A stretch of 24,820 nucleotides of DNA, from the IMG/VR virus record IMGVR_UViG_2711768053_000009, one strand, 5' to 3'. The position numbers and the translations under genes were made by a program. The notes under the pieces are model-generated. The model did not search any database. It saw only the letters and a program-made list of their open reading frames with translations, and was not told where the DNA came from. Source of the stretch: a virus (Duplodnaviria > Heunggongvirae > Uroviricota > Caudoviricetes). Shown piece by piece: positions 7,859 to 15,621 of the stretch; the stretch's first letter is position 1, and each line of letters starts with the position of its first letter.

Positions 7859-9161
7859 AGTGGCAGAACGCATCAGGGACGGAACCGTACCGTCTCCGGT
7901 GAAATTCTCCAACATGTGGCTGGTGAATTTGCGCATAACCGGAACCGGGCTTGCCTATCGCGCCGGGCTGAAAGAGCACGTCTGGCGTGATCCAAAGCTC
8001 TATCTGAACGAGGAGTTTTTAAGGCGATGCAATGGCCTTCCAGTTATCGCAAACCATCCTGACGACGCAGTTCTGACGGAGGAGGATTTTAAATCGCGGA
8101 TCGTCGGCAGTGTCATGCTGCCGTATATCCGGGGTGACGAGGTATGGGCGGTGTGCCGCGTTTACCTCCAGAGCATTGTTGAAGAAATCACTGAGGGGGA
8201 TGTTTCGACAAGTCCGTCGGTGGTGTTCAACAGCACATCAGGAAATGTGGAAGTACAGGAAGGTGACACCAATTTTTTAATCGAAGGCGTTCCTTTCCTT
8301 GTTGATCACATCGCCCTGGTGACGAAAGACCACGGCTCGCTGGGCGTGTGGGATAAAGACCGGATCCCCGCAGGGGTTGAAGTGACAAACACAGGTGAAA
8401 TCGAGATGGAAAAAGAAGAACTCCAGGCCCTGTTACAGGGGGTTGTGAGCGATGCCCTGCAAGGCATTAATCAGAAAATCGATGGTGTCGTTACGCGCAT
8501 GGACTCACTGGAACAGCGGGACAAAGCGCGGGCGGACGCCGAAGCTCAGGCGAAAAAAGAGGCCGAAGAAAAGGCCAAAGCCGATGAAGCAGCAGAGGAA
8601 CAGCGTAAAGCTGATGAAGCTGCGGCAAAGGAGGCGGAAGAAAAAGCCAAAGCTGACGAGGCGGCAGCTAAAGACGCTGAGGAGAAAGCAAAGGCTGATT
8701 CCGAAGCGGAAGAACAGCGTAAGGCTGACGAGGAGGCAGAAAAAGAACGCAATGACTCTGCCCTGGCAGAAGCACAGGCAAAAGCCGACTCCGCATTCAG
8801 TGCCTGCGGTAAAAACGCGCCAGCACCGTTTTCTGGTGAAAATGCGCTGGACTACCGCAAGCGTGCGCTAATCGCTATGCAGAAACACTCTCCGGCACAT
8901 AAGGACGTCAATATTCGCGCGATTGCGGATTCTGCAACGCTGGCTGTGCTTGAGGACGCAATTTTCAGTGCCGCCCGTCAGTCCATCGAAAAAGAAATGA
9001 TGAGTACGCAGGGGCAACTGCATAAACGTATCCGCAACGATGAAGCCGGACGTCGCATTACTGAATATCAGGGCGATCCGAACGTCTGGCTGAGTGCTTT
9101 CAAAATTCCGGGGCGTCGTCTGGCAAAAATTAACACTCAAGGGAGCCTGAACAATGGCTGA
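7839..9161 (+). CDS. Head scaffolding protein with Ala/Glu/Lys-rich coiled-coil repeats (possibly a protease-scaffold fusion as in Mu gpI)
   Basis: GTG start with GGAGAAGGG upstream. The central region is (A/E/K)-rich heptad-like repeats (AEEKAKADEAAEEQRKADEAAAKEAEEKAKADEAA...). Sits between the portal/morphogenesis genes and the capsid gene. Confidence 0.5.
   Translation: MSLTELEVAERIRDGTVPSPVKFSNMWLVNLRITGTGLAYRAGLKEHVWRDPKLYLNEEFLRRCNGLPVIANHPDDAVLTEEDFKSRIVGSVMLPYIRGDEVWAVCRVYLQSIVEEITEGDVSTSPSVVFNSTSGNVEVQEGDTNFLIEGVPFLVDHIALVTKDHGSLGVWDKDRIPAGVEVTNTGEIEMEKEELQALLQGVVSDALQGINQKIDGVVTRMDSLEQRDKARADAEAQAKKEAEEKAKADEAAEEQRKADEAAAKEAEEKAKADEAAAKDAEEKAKADSEAEEQRKADEEAEKERNDSALAEAQAKADSAFSACGKNAPAPFSGENALDYRKRALIAMQKHSPAHKDVNIRAIADSATLAVLEDAIFSAARQSIEKEMMSTQGQLHKRIRNDEAGRRITEYQGDPNVWLSAFKIPGRRLAKINTQGSLNNG
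8535..8750 (+). repeat. Imperfect tandem DNA repeats encoding the KADEAA/EEKAKAD coiled-coil segment of the scaffold protein
   Basis: Recurrent gaagaaaaagccaaagctgacgaggcggca-like units are visible in the sequence; this is low-complexity coding sequence. Confidence 0.6.
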
Positions 9162-9771
9162 TATTAACTTTCATCCGTTTAAAAACCGTGGAGCATTTGG
9201 TGGCCTTTTTAACGTCGAATCCCGTGGGCTGATGCAGGGGGATGCGCAGGATGATCCGGCAATTCGTCTGCAACTTTGCTCCGGTCGACTGGACAGCGAA
9301 ATCACTGAACCAGTATGGGGCGGTGTCGGAGTTATGGAGTGCATTGCTCCCGCGAAAGACAGCGTTAACGGCGCGGTAATTAAGCAGGCTACACAAAACG
9401 CATGTAACGCCTTTACGGTCTTTAATCAGGCATTTCATGGCATTACCACGCCGGATAATCCGGTGCCGTTATATCTCGCGGGTGGCTTTGTTCACTATTA
9501 CCGCGTTGGCTCAGGTGCCCGCATTCCTCTCCCTGTCAGTGCAGAAGTTGTTGCGCTGGCTGATGGAAATAACACCGTTGCTGCCAGTGGTTTTGTGTGG
9601 GATCTGACGAAAAACATGGTTGATGTTTATTCGGGATCACCCGGCGCTAATCCGAAAGTGGATATTAAGCTGCTGATGGTTTCAGTTGACGGAAACCTGA
9701 CGGTGAAAAAAGAGGATGGCGGTAACGTTGTCTGGGAAATCGGCAAACCGTGCGGCCTGTTTTTAATTTAA
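9154..9771 (+). CDS. Virion structural protein (putative head decoration or accessory capsid protein)
   Basis: ATG overlaps the scaffold stop (ATGGCTGA). Sits between the scaffold and capsid genes. No motif recognised. Confidence 0.35.
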   Translation: MADINFHPFKNRGAFGGLFNVESRGLMQGDAQDDPAIRLQLCSGRLDSEITEPVWGGVGVMECIAPAKDSVNGAVIKQATQNACNAFTVFNQAFHGITTPDNPVPLYLAGGFVHYYRVGSGARIPLPVSAEVVALADGNNTVAASGFVWDLTKNMVDVYSGSPGANPKVDIKLLMVSVDGNLTVKKEDGGNVVWEIGKPCGLFLI

Positions 9772-9785
9772 GGGGATATTAATTA

Positions 9786-10814
9786 ATGAGCGCATTTACT
9801 CCTGCGACTACTATTGTGTCGCCGTCAATGGTGCTGCCGGAAATGATCGTGCAACAGAGCATGGCTTCCGGGGCGTTTGAAGTCCTGGCTGGTGGTGCTC
9901 CAGCGGTAAAAATCAGTTCCAGTGATTTGATGGTCTATCAGAAATATCTGCGCATGACCTCGCAGGCGCAGGTCAGCCAGTCTCTGCCGGGTCAGTTACC
10001 GTCTTCCAGTATCTCTGGCGGCTATGACGGAATGATGACTTACCGAATTTCTTCCCGCTCGCAATACAGCTATCTCGATACTGATGCAGCAGATCGCTGG
10101 GGCTATTCTCTGATTGAAGGCCTGCGCCTGGCTAACCGTCAGGGACACGCTCAAATGTTGCGTAATATGCTGCTGTACGGTGTTGAAGCGAAGAATAACG
10201 AAGGGATCACCAACTCCCCGAATGCAGTGACACTGAATCTGGGCAACGACAGCAAAGGTAACGATTCATACACCACCTGGGATTCCGGCGAGATGGCTAA
10301 ATTTATGCTTGGCCTGATTGCTGACCAGAAAACCCGCATGTTGCTGCTGGGGCAGCCATTAACGACTGTTATTCTGAGCCCACAGCGATTCATGAAGGCG
10401 CTGGAGTGGACAGGAATTGTTGAGCTGACCAGTTATCAGCGTCCTGGTGGTGGTACCGGAACGGTGGGAACGATGGTTAAAGATGTCGCCGATAAGGCGA
10501 CAGGCGACGACATCATTTTCTGCCAGGACGACACGCTGATCGGTAAAGGCGCTGGTGGTAATGACCTGATCATCGTTACGAACCCGACGATTGAGGTTCC
10601 GGAAGCGCGTCATACCATTAACACCAATATTTTCTCCACGCTGGTTCCTAACCAGCAGGCCGTCAACGTGATGTTCTGTGATATGGCAGCGCCGACGGAA
10701 ATACCATCCCCTATGCCGGATGGTGGCCTGACCACGTTGTATACCATGCGCGCGACGCCGGGCTGGAACTTCCGCCCTGAGGGGATCACCCTGTTGTCTG
10801 CCAAATACGCATAA
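9786..10814 (+). CDS. Major capsid protein (putative)
   Basis: 342-aa ORF after the scaffold gene, followed immediately by a strong intrinsic terminator as expected for a highly expressed capsid gene. No fold-level verification possible. Confidence 0.6.
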   Translation: MSAFTPATTIVSPSMVLPEMIVQQSMASGAFEVLAGGAPAVKISSSDLMVYQKYLRMTSQAQVSQSLPGQLPSSSISGGYDGMMTYRISSRSQYSYLDTDAADRWGYSLIEGLRLANRQGHAQMLRNMLLYGVEAKNNEGITNSPNAVTLNLGNDSKGNDSYTTWDSGEMAKFMLGLIADQKTRMLLLGQPLTTVILSPQRFMKALEWTGIVELTSYQRPGGGTGTVGTMVKDVADKATGDDIIFCQDDTLIGKGAGGNDLIIVTNPTIEVPEARHTINTNIFSTLVPNQQAVNVMFCDMAAPTEIPSPMPDGGLTTLYTMRATPGWNFRPEGITLLSAKYA

Positions 10815-10833
10815 ACGTTCAACCTGATAACGC

Positions 10834-10858
10834 GGGGAGCTAAATGCTCCCCTTTTTT
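10834..10858 (+). terminator. Rho-independent terminator after the capsid gene
   Basis: Perfect 7-bp stem GGGGAGC / GCTCCCC with loop TAAAT, followed by TTTTTT. Confidence 0.75.
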
Positions 10859-10871
10859 GTGGGAAAAATTT

Positions 10872-11342
10872 ATGAAGCTCTACATCGCTAACTGCTCACG
10901 TCAGCCGCACACGTTCAACTACAAACTCCCCGAAAAAACGCAGTCGTTCGGTGTGACAATTCCGTCCGGACGTCAGCATATGATCGAAAATCAGTCCGAT
11001 ATTATCGACCACATTATCCGACAGCATGAGCCTTACGGATTCCAGCGTTGTGACAAGGTGGACAAGAATTTTTCCGGTATCTGCTATTCCATCGATAAAC
11101 CTGTGAGCGTCGGTCGCATTGAGGATTGCGCGGAGCAGAAAACGGAAAATCTGGAATCCCTGTCAGAAGAAATTCTCGCAGCCAGCGCTGTATCGCTGAA
11201 TAACGCAGTGGATCAGGCAGTGATTCAGAGTGGCGAAAAACCTCAACCGGGTGGTATTGAAATGGAAATCACCGGGGAAGCGATTAACACTGAACAGGAA
11301 AATCCGCCCAGCACAAAGCGAAATATTAAGGTTAAAAAATAA
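10872..11342 (+). CDS. Hypothetical head-tail joining or head completion protein
   Basis: ATG at 10872; the provided ORF 10857..11342 begins at a TTG inside the terminator T-run. Position is between the capsid gene and the tail module. Confidence 0.5.
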   Translation: MKLYIANCSRQPHTFNYKLPEKTQSFGVTIPSGRQHMIENQSDIIDHIIRQHEPYGFQRCDKVDKNFSGICYSIDKPVSVGRIEDCAEQKTENLESLSEEILAASAVSLNNAVDQAVIQSGEKPQPGGIEMEITGEAINTEQENPPSTKRNIKVKK

Positions 11343-11782
11343 TGACCTTGCGTCCGTCACTGGAGGGATTTATTCGCTTTGTTCGTGACGACATGAAAGT
11401 ACCAGTTCACGCTATTGCTGACGATGATCCGACGCTGGAATGTTGCTTTCAGTCTGCGATGGAGCTAATCCCTCATGATCAGGGGCTGGAGCGTTTACCC
11501 ATCATCTATGTGCGAACGGTTTATAACGCTGCCGCCTCATTTCTCCTGAATTTCGCTCCCGGCTCGTGGTTTGCCGACCTGAGAAAAAAACTCAACCTTG
11601 GGAAACTGGCTACCGGGCTTGTCAGCGCGGCAGCAGACCAGGGGACATCGGGTTCGATCACCATCAGCGACGCGCTGAGTAATCTGTCTTTGCTGGATTT
11701 GCAGATGTTACAGGATCCGTATGGACGACAGGTTGTTGCGGTTCTGATGCAGATGGGCACGGTATGGGGTTACACGCCATGA
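11342..11782 (+). CDS. Hypothetical head-tail connector or completion protein
   Basis: TAATG overlap with the previous gene; tight operon packing. Confidence 0.5.
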   Translation: MTLRPSLEGFIRFVRDDMKVPVHAIADDDPTLECCFQSAMELIPHDQGLERLPIIYVRTVYNAAASFLLNFAPGSWFADLRKKLNLGKLATGLVSAAADQGTSGSITISDALSNLSLLDLQMLQDPYGRQVVAVLMQMGTVWGYTP

Positions 11783-12219
11783 AACTTTGTTTTGGGGTTA
11801 TCGACCAGCCGTATGACTACGGCGACGAGCCGGGAAAAACCACGTTTGACGTGGCCTGTGACCTCGAGGAGCGATACGAAATTTTTACGCACTTCTGGGA
11901 AATGCATAAGGACGAGATTATCCAGGAGGCAGGGGAGATGGTTGCGTTCCAGCTCATTCGCCATCTCAAAAATAAAGTACCGTTGCCACCTGTGCAGGTG
12001 ATGGGCGATACCCGCGGGATTTTTCACCGTTTTCTGGAAGCCGAGGAAATGGCCGGGATGACGATTAACGGAAACCCTGTGCCAACTCAGGCCGCGCTAC
12101 TGGGCGTTAACTCCAGGCTTAAGGACAAATATACCGGAGAGCGACGTCCGTCATTCATAGACGGCGGCCTGTTTAAGGGCAGCTTTATAGCGTGGATAGA
12201 TAATAATGCCGAGTCTTGA
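11779..12219 (+). CDS. Hypothetical virion protein
   Basis: ATG at 11779 overlaps the previous stop (ATGA). The provided ORF 11764..12219 starts 5 codons upstream. Confidence 0.5.
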   Translation: MKLCFGVIDQPYDYGDEPGKTTFDVACDLEERYEIFTHFWEMHKDEIIQEAGEMVAFQLIRHLKNKVPLPPVQVMGDTRGIFHRFLEAEEMAGMTINGNPVPTQAALLGVNSRLKDKYTGERRPSFIDGGLFKGSFIAWIDNNAES

Positions 12220-13150
12220 GGAATTAGCCGAACAGCACAGTTCGCAGCTCTCGTCCGTTCTTAAATCCGCAGTTGAAACCATCTCGTCAGACCAGGAAAT
12301 CACGTTCAGGCTCTATGTCCGGCAGGTTCTGCCGCTGGATGGCTTTGTCTATTGGGTTAATGCGGAAATCATCAGTTGCGATGAACTGTGTCGCCTGAAT
12401 ATTGAGTCACCAACTCGTCTGAAAATCAAAGGCAGTCTGCATCGTCAGGTTATTGCGATTCAGGACGAGTCTGTCTCGAAGGATGTGAACAACATTATTT
12501 TCACGCCTGTTCAGCAGGTTGATGATTTTAATGTGGAAAATCCCGATGCGATCTATCTCGGTGAGTATGGCGGCGTCCAGTTTGCTTTTTCACGAATGGA
12601 GAGCCGTTATCAGCAGTCGGGTATTTTTCATTATCGCGGTATGGCGATTTTACCAACCATGCGCTCTCAGATTATCGACTGCGAGGAGGATATCAGCGAC
12701 GAGCAGATCATCTCCAACAGCATCCCGATCTGGCTGCAAATGAAAGATGCCGCGACCGTGTATCCGTCTTACCTGGTACCGCAGAACCTTCGTCCTCCGT
12801 ATATCGCAGTGGATGTTCGCAACAGTATTCCTTTGCAGGTGGCTCCTGTTGTTTTCGGCGGTGAGCGGTTTCAGCTCGTTCAGGATTCGGTTCGCCTGAC
12901 GCTTTACGGATTCAGCAACAAAATGGCGCTGGATCTTGTCGACTCGGTGGTGAACAGGGCGCTGGAGGAGGAAAAGTTTGGCGTAACCAATATTCCGGTG
13001 GTTCAGGACGCAAAGTCGGGACAGGTTGAAATCAACGCTCTGGCGAAGAAAAAGATTGTCGATTTTGACGTGAATTACTACCAGAGCACCGCCCGGGAAA
13101 TGTCCCGGCAGTTGATTGAAAAAGTTATTTGTAAATATGAGGTTAAATAA
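12206..13150 (+). CDS. Hypothetical virion or tail completion protein
   Basis: Intact 314-aa ORF overlapping its neighbours at both ends in the structural operon. Confidence 0.5.
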   Translation: MPSLEELAEQHSSQLSSVLKSAVETISSDQEITFRLYVRQVLPLDGFVYWVNAEIISCDELCRLNIESPTRLKIKGSLHRQVIAIQDESVSKDVNNIIFTPVQQVDDFNVENPDAIYLGEYGGVQFAFSRMESRYQQSGIFHYRGMAILPTMRSQIIDCEEDISDEQIISNSIPIWLQMKDAATVYPSYLVPQNLRPPYIAVDVRNSIPLQVAPVVFGGERFQLVQDSVRLTLYGFSNKMALDLVDSVVNRALEEEKFGVTNIPVVQDAKSGQVEINALAKKKIVDFDVNYYQSTAREMSRQLIEKVICKYEVK

Positions 13151-14487
13151 TGGGATTTAATATCGTCACGGTGAATGTGTCCCAGACCATCGGGGCCATT
13201 CCCTCGAATTTGCAGCAGATGTCTGCGGTTCTCTCGTTTGGTTCCACGACTCATGAGCCGGGAAAACCCGTATTACTCACCCGTAATCAGGATATTAACG
13301 AACTGGTTAAAAATCCGATTGCTGGCTTGTCGGCGGCTGCCGCAGGAAGATCTGCGGCAAGCGTCACCGTTACGATGACGCTTCCGGAAGGGAGCAACAT
13401 CCGACGCGAAAACAGTTCTGAGGTGAAAATTGTTGTTTCCGGGTGTTCGCCCGACGCGTGGAATGGCGAATATACTGCTACCGTCACGGATGAAAAAACA
13501 CTGACCTGGACTATTACTGATTCTCAGCTTTCCGGTTCTCCAGTGACGCTGGGGCAGTTTTCTATTGCTGGCAGTGAAAATCTGGTGACGGCAGTAAACA
13601 CGTTTTTTGCCCAGGGAAATTCAGTCGGGATTTACCTGCTGGAGCTGGGAGTACAGAAAGGCGGGGTCAGTAAGGAAATCGCTGCACTGAAAGCTTATAT
13701 GGAAGATCCGCTCCTGCGTTTTTATGCGTATCTGGTGCCGCAGCCGTGGGATGGTGACGCAGAATTTATCAGTCTGGCAAAACTCCACACCGCCAACGAA
13801 GCGATGCAGTATTTCTTCGTGCTGACGAAAACGCCGGACGACACGAATTACGTTTCGCCTTATGCCGGTATTAAGTCGGTTATTGCAACGGCGGATGATA
13901 CGTACCCGGCGACAAACGCGGCAGCAGCCGTAATGTGGAACTATGTTTCCGCATCACCTTCAGAAATCAACAAGGTGCCGCCGATGGCATTTCGCTATCT
14001 GCAGGCGGTAAACGCCCACAAGGGCAAAAATTCCATTCTGGCCACGATGACAAAGCAGAATATTAACTACGTCGATACGGGTGCTGAGGGTGGAATTTCC
14101 AACACGATTCTGGTGAAAGGCGTTACCAGTGACGGTAACGATATGACGTACTGGTATTCCGTAGACTGGGTGCAGATTAACGTCGATATGCAGCTCGCCA
14201 ACACGGTGATCAACGGCAGCAATAACCCAATTAACCCGCTTTACTACAACCAGGACGGAATCGACCGTCTACAGCAGGTCGCACAGGCGGTGTTCAATAC
14301 GGGCGTATCTTACGGCCTGGTCAACGGCCAGCCTGTCGTCGATGCAGTGCCTTTCCGCCAGTATATCAACACTAATCCGAATGATTACGGTATCGGGCGT
14401 TATGCAGGCCTTTCGGCCTCCTATACGCCGATGCGCGGATTTGTCGAAATCATTTTTAACATCAATGTGACAATGCAGCTTTCGTGA
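13150..14487 (+). CDS. Tail sheath protein (putative)
   Basis: 445-aa ORF immediately upstream of a tube-sized gene, a chaperone pair and the tape measure gene; P2/Mu-like baseplate genes lie downstream. Call is by synteny and size. Confidence 0.5.
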   Translation: MGFNIVTVNVSQTIGAIPSNLQQMSAVLSFGSTTHEPGKPVLLTRNQDINELVKNPIAGLSAAAAGRSAASVTVTMTLPEGSNIRRENSSEVKIVVSGCSPDAWNGEYTATVTDEKTLTWTITDSQLSGSPVTLGQFSIAGSENLVTAVNTFFAQGNSVGIYLLELGVQKGGVSKEIAALKAYMEDPLLRFYAYLVPQPWDGDAEFISLAKLHTANEAMQYFFVLTKTPDDTNYVSPYAGIKSVIATADDTYPATNAAAAVMWNYVSASPSEINKVPPMAFRYLQAVNAHKGKNSILATMTKQNINYVDTGAEGGISNTILVKGVTSDGNDMTYWYSVDWVQINVDMQLANTVINGSNNPINPLYYNQDGIDRLQQVAQAVFNTGVSYGLVNGQPVVDAVPFRQYINTNPNDYGIGRYAGLSASYTPMRGFVEIIFNINVTMQLS

Positions 14488-14498
14488 GGGACTGAACC

Positions 14499-14942
14499 GT
14501 GCCTAATCCAATGATCCCCGTTGGCACCCTTAACCGGGTTCGCGCCAGCGTTAAATTCACCTCTCATTCCGAACTGAATGTGTCCGCCTCATTTCTGGCA
14601 AAAGAAGGCGTCGAATTGTCCTTTCAGGGCAATATCACGGAGTTTTTACCCGCTATGACGGGAGCTGTGCAGTCGCCGCAGCCATACATGATTTTACAGG
14701 CGCGTGTTCATCTGCTGCGTAGCCAGGCGCTGGGAAAACAATTCAAGGCGCAATGGGAAAAAAACGCCACGATCGGCGACGCAAAAGTGTATAGCGACAG
14801 CACGGTATTCGGTGACTTCGATATCTATAACACGGCGATCACCAACGTGCAGGATATGACCTTCGCCGGGGGCGAGCCGGGTGTGGCCATCACCATTACC
14901 GGTACGTATTACATCAACTCTGAAATGTGGGATCTGGTATGA
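14499..14942 (+). CDS. Tail tube protein (putative)
   Basis: 147-aa ORF after the sheath gene; GTG start with GAGGGA upstream; its stop overlaps the chaperone start. Confidence 0.45.
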   Translation: MPNPMIPVGTLNRVRASVKFTSHSELNVSASFLAKEGVELSFQGNITEFLPAMTGAVQSPQPYMILQARVHLLRSQALGKQFKAQWEKNATIGDAKVYSDSTVFGDFDIYNTAITNVQDMTFAGGEPGVAITITGTYYINSEMWDLV

Positions 14943-15556
14943 AAATCTCCCGAAATCTGAATCTGATTATTCCTGTCCGGACAGAAAAGGGTAATGGCTG
15001 GATCCATGCCACGCCGATCAGCAAAGAGGTGTTTAAAGAGCATTTCTTCATTCTGAGTAAAACTTTTTCTGCCATTTTTTCTGAAGGTCTTGGCGTCGTT
15101 GCGGGTCCGCGTATCGCCTGCCTTATGCTGGAAAGGATCTCCTCAGATATGAATATCTGGGATGGCGAAAAGGGCGTTCGCAATACGCTCGTGAATGAAA
15201 TCATTCGCCTTGCGAATCTGGTTTACCCAGCCGAAGGGAAAGGCTACGACACGATCCCGCTTGATATGGCGCTGGAGCGCGGCATCGTTGAATTTGATGA
15301 TGTGGCAGGTGAACTCGTTTTTTTTACATGCGTCTCGTCGATAAACACACCGGAGCAGACGGAACAGATGATGCTGGCAGTCAGTGGAATGTGGAACAGT
15401 CGCACTTCATCCTTGAGTCTTACGGAATGGATTGCTTCATTGCCGACATTGAAGCCTGTCGCCAGTTCTGGCGCGACGGCGAGCACGTCATCAGCGACAT
15501 CCTCGACTACTCAGCCGGAGCCGGATTCAGAGACATCTGTGCAGATTCCGGTCTGA
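14939..15556 (+). CDS. Tail assembly chaperone (upstream, G-like product)
   Basis: Located directly before the tape measure gene and contains a slippery T-run with an overlapping -1 frame ORF, the conserved chaperone arrangement. Confidence 0.55.
   Translation: MKISRNLNLIIPVRTEKGNGWIHATPISKEVFKEHFFILSKTFSAIFSEGLGVVAGPRIACLMLERISSDMNIWDGEKGVRNTLVNEIIRLANLVYPAEGKGYDTIPLDMALERGIVEFDDVAGELVFFTCVSSINTPEQTEQMMLAVSGMWNSRTSSLSLTEWIASLPTLKPVASSGATASTSSATSSTTQPEPDSETSVQIPV
15319..15325 (+). other. Candidate -1 programmed ribosomal frameshift slippery site (T TTT TTT)
   Basis: GTT TTT TTT ACA sits in the chaperone zero frame; the -1 frame is open from 15313 to the stop at 15619-15621. Confidence 0.5.
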
Positions 15557-15621
15557 ATGTAAAAACGGCAGCTCAGTTTCGTGAGCTGCTCAAATTCAAA
15601 AATCCCGCAGGAGTATTGTGA
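15328..15621 (+). CDS. -1 frame C-terminal extension of the tail assembly chaperone (GT-like fusion product)
   Basis: 97-codon ORF in the -1 frame overlapping the chaperone 3' half and ending at the tape measure start. Probably expressed only as a frameshift fusion. Confidence 0.5.
   Translation: MRLVDKHTGADGTDDAGSQWNVEQSHFILESYGMDCFIADIEACRQFWRDGEHVISDILDYSAGAGFRDICADSGLNVKTAAQFRELLKFKNPAGVL

Noticed and set aside
8535-8750. Possibility that the periodic repeats are a CRISPR array
   Set aside because: The repeats are imperfect, in frame, and encode a coiled-coil; there are no unique spacers of regular length.
8452-8871. Highly basic 139-aa ORF (plus frame) and 8546..8752 minus-strand Ala/Ser-rich ORF within the scaffold repeats
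   Set aside because: Both are alternative-frame readings of the low-complexity coiled-coil repeat DNA, a typical artefact.
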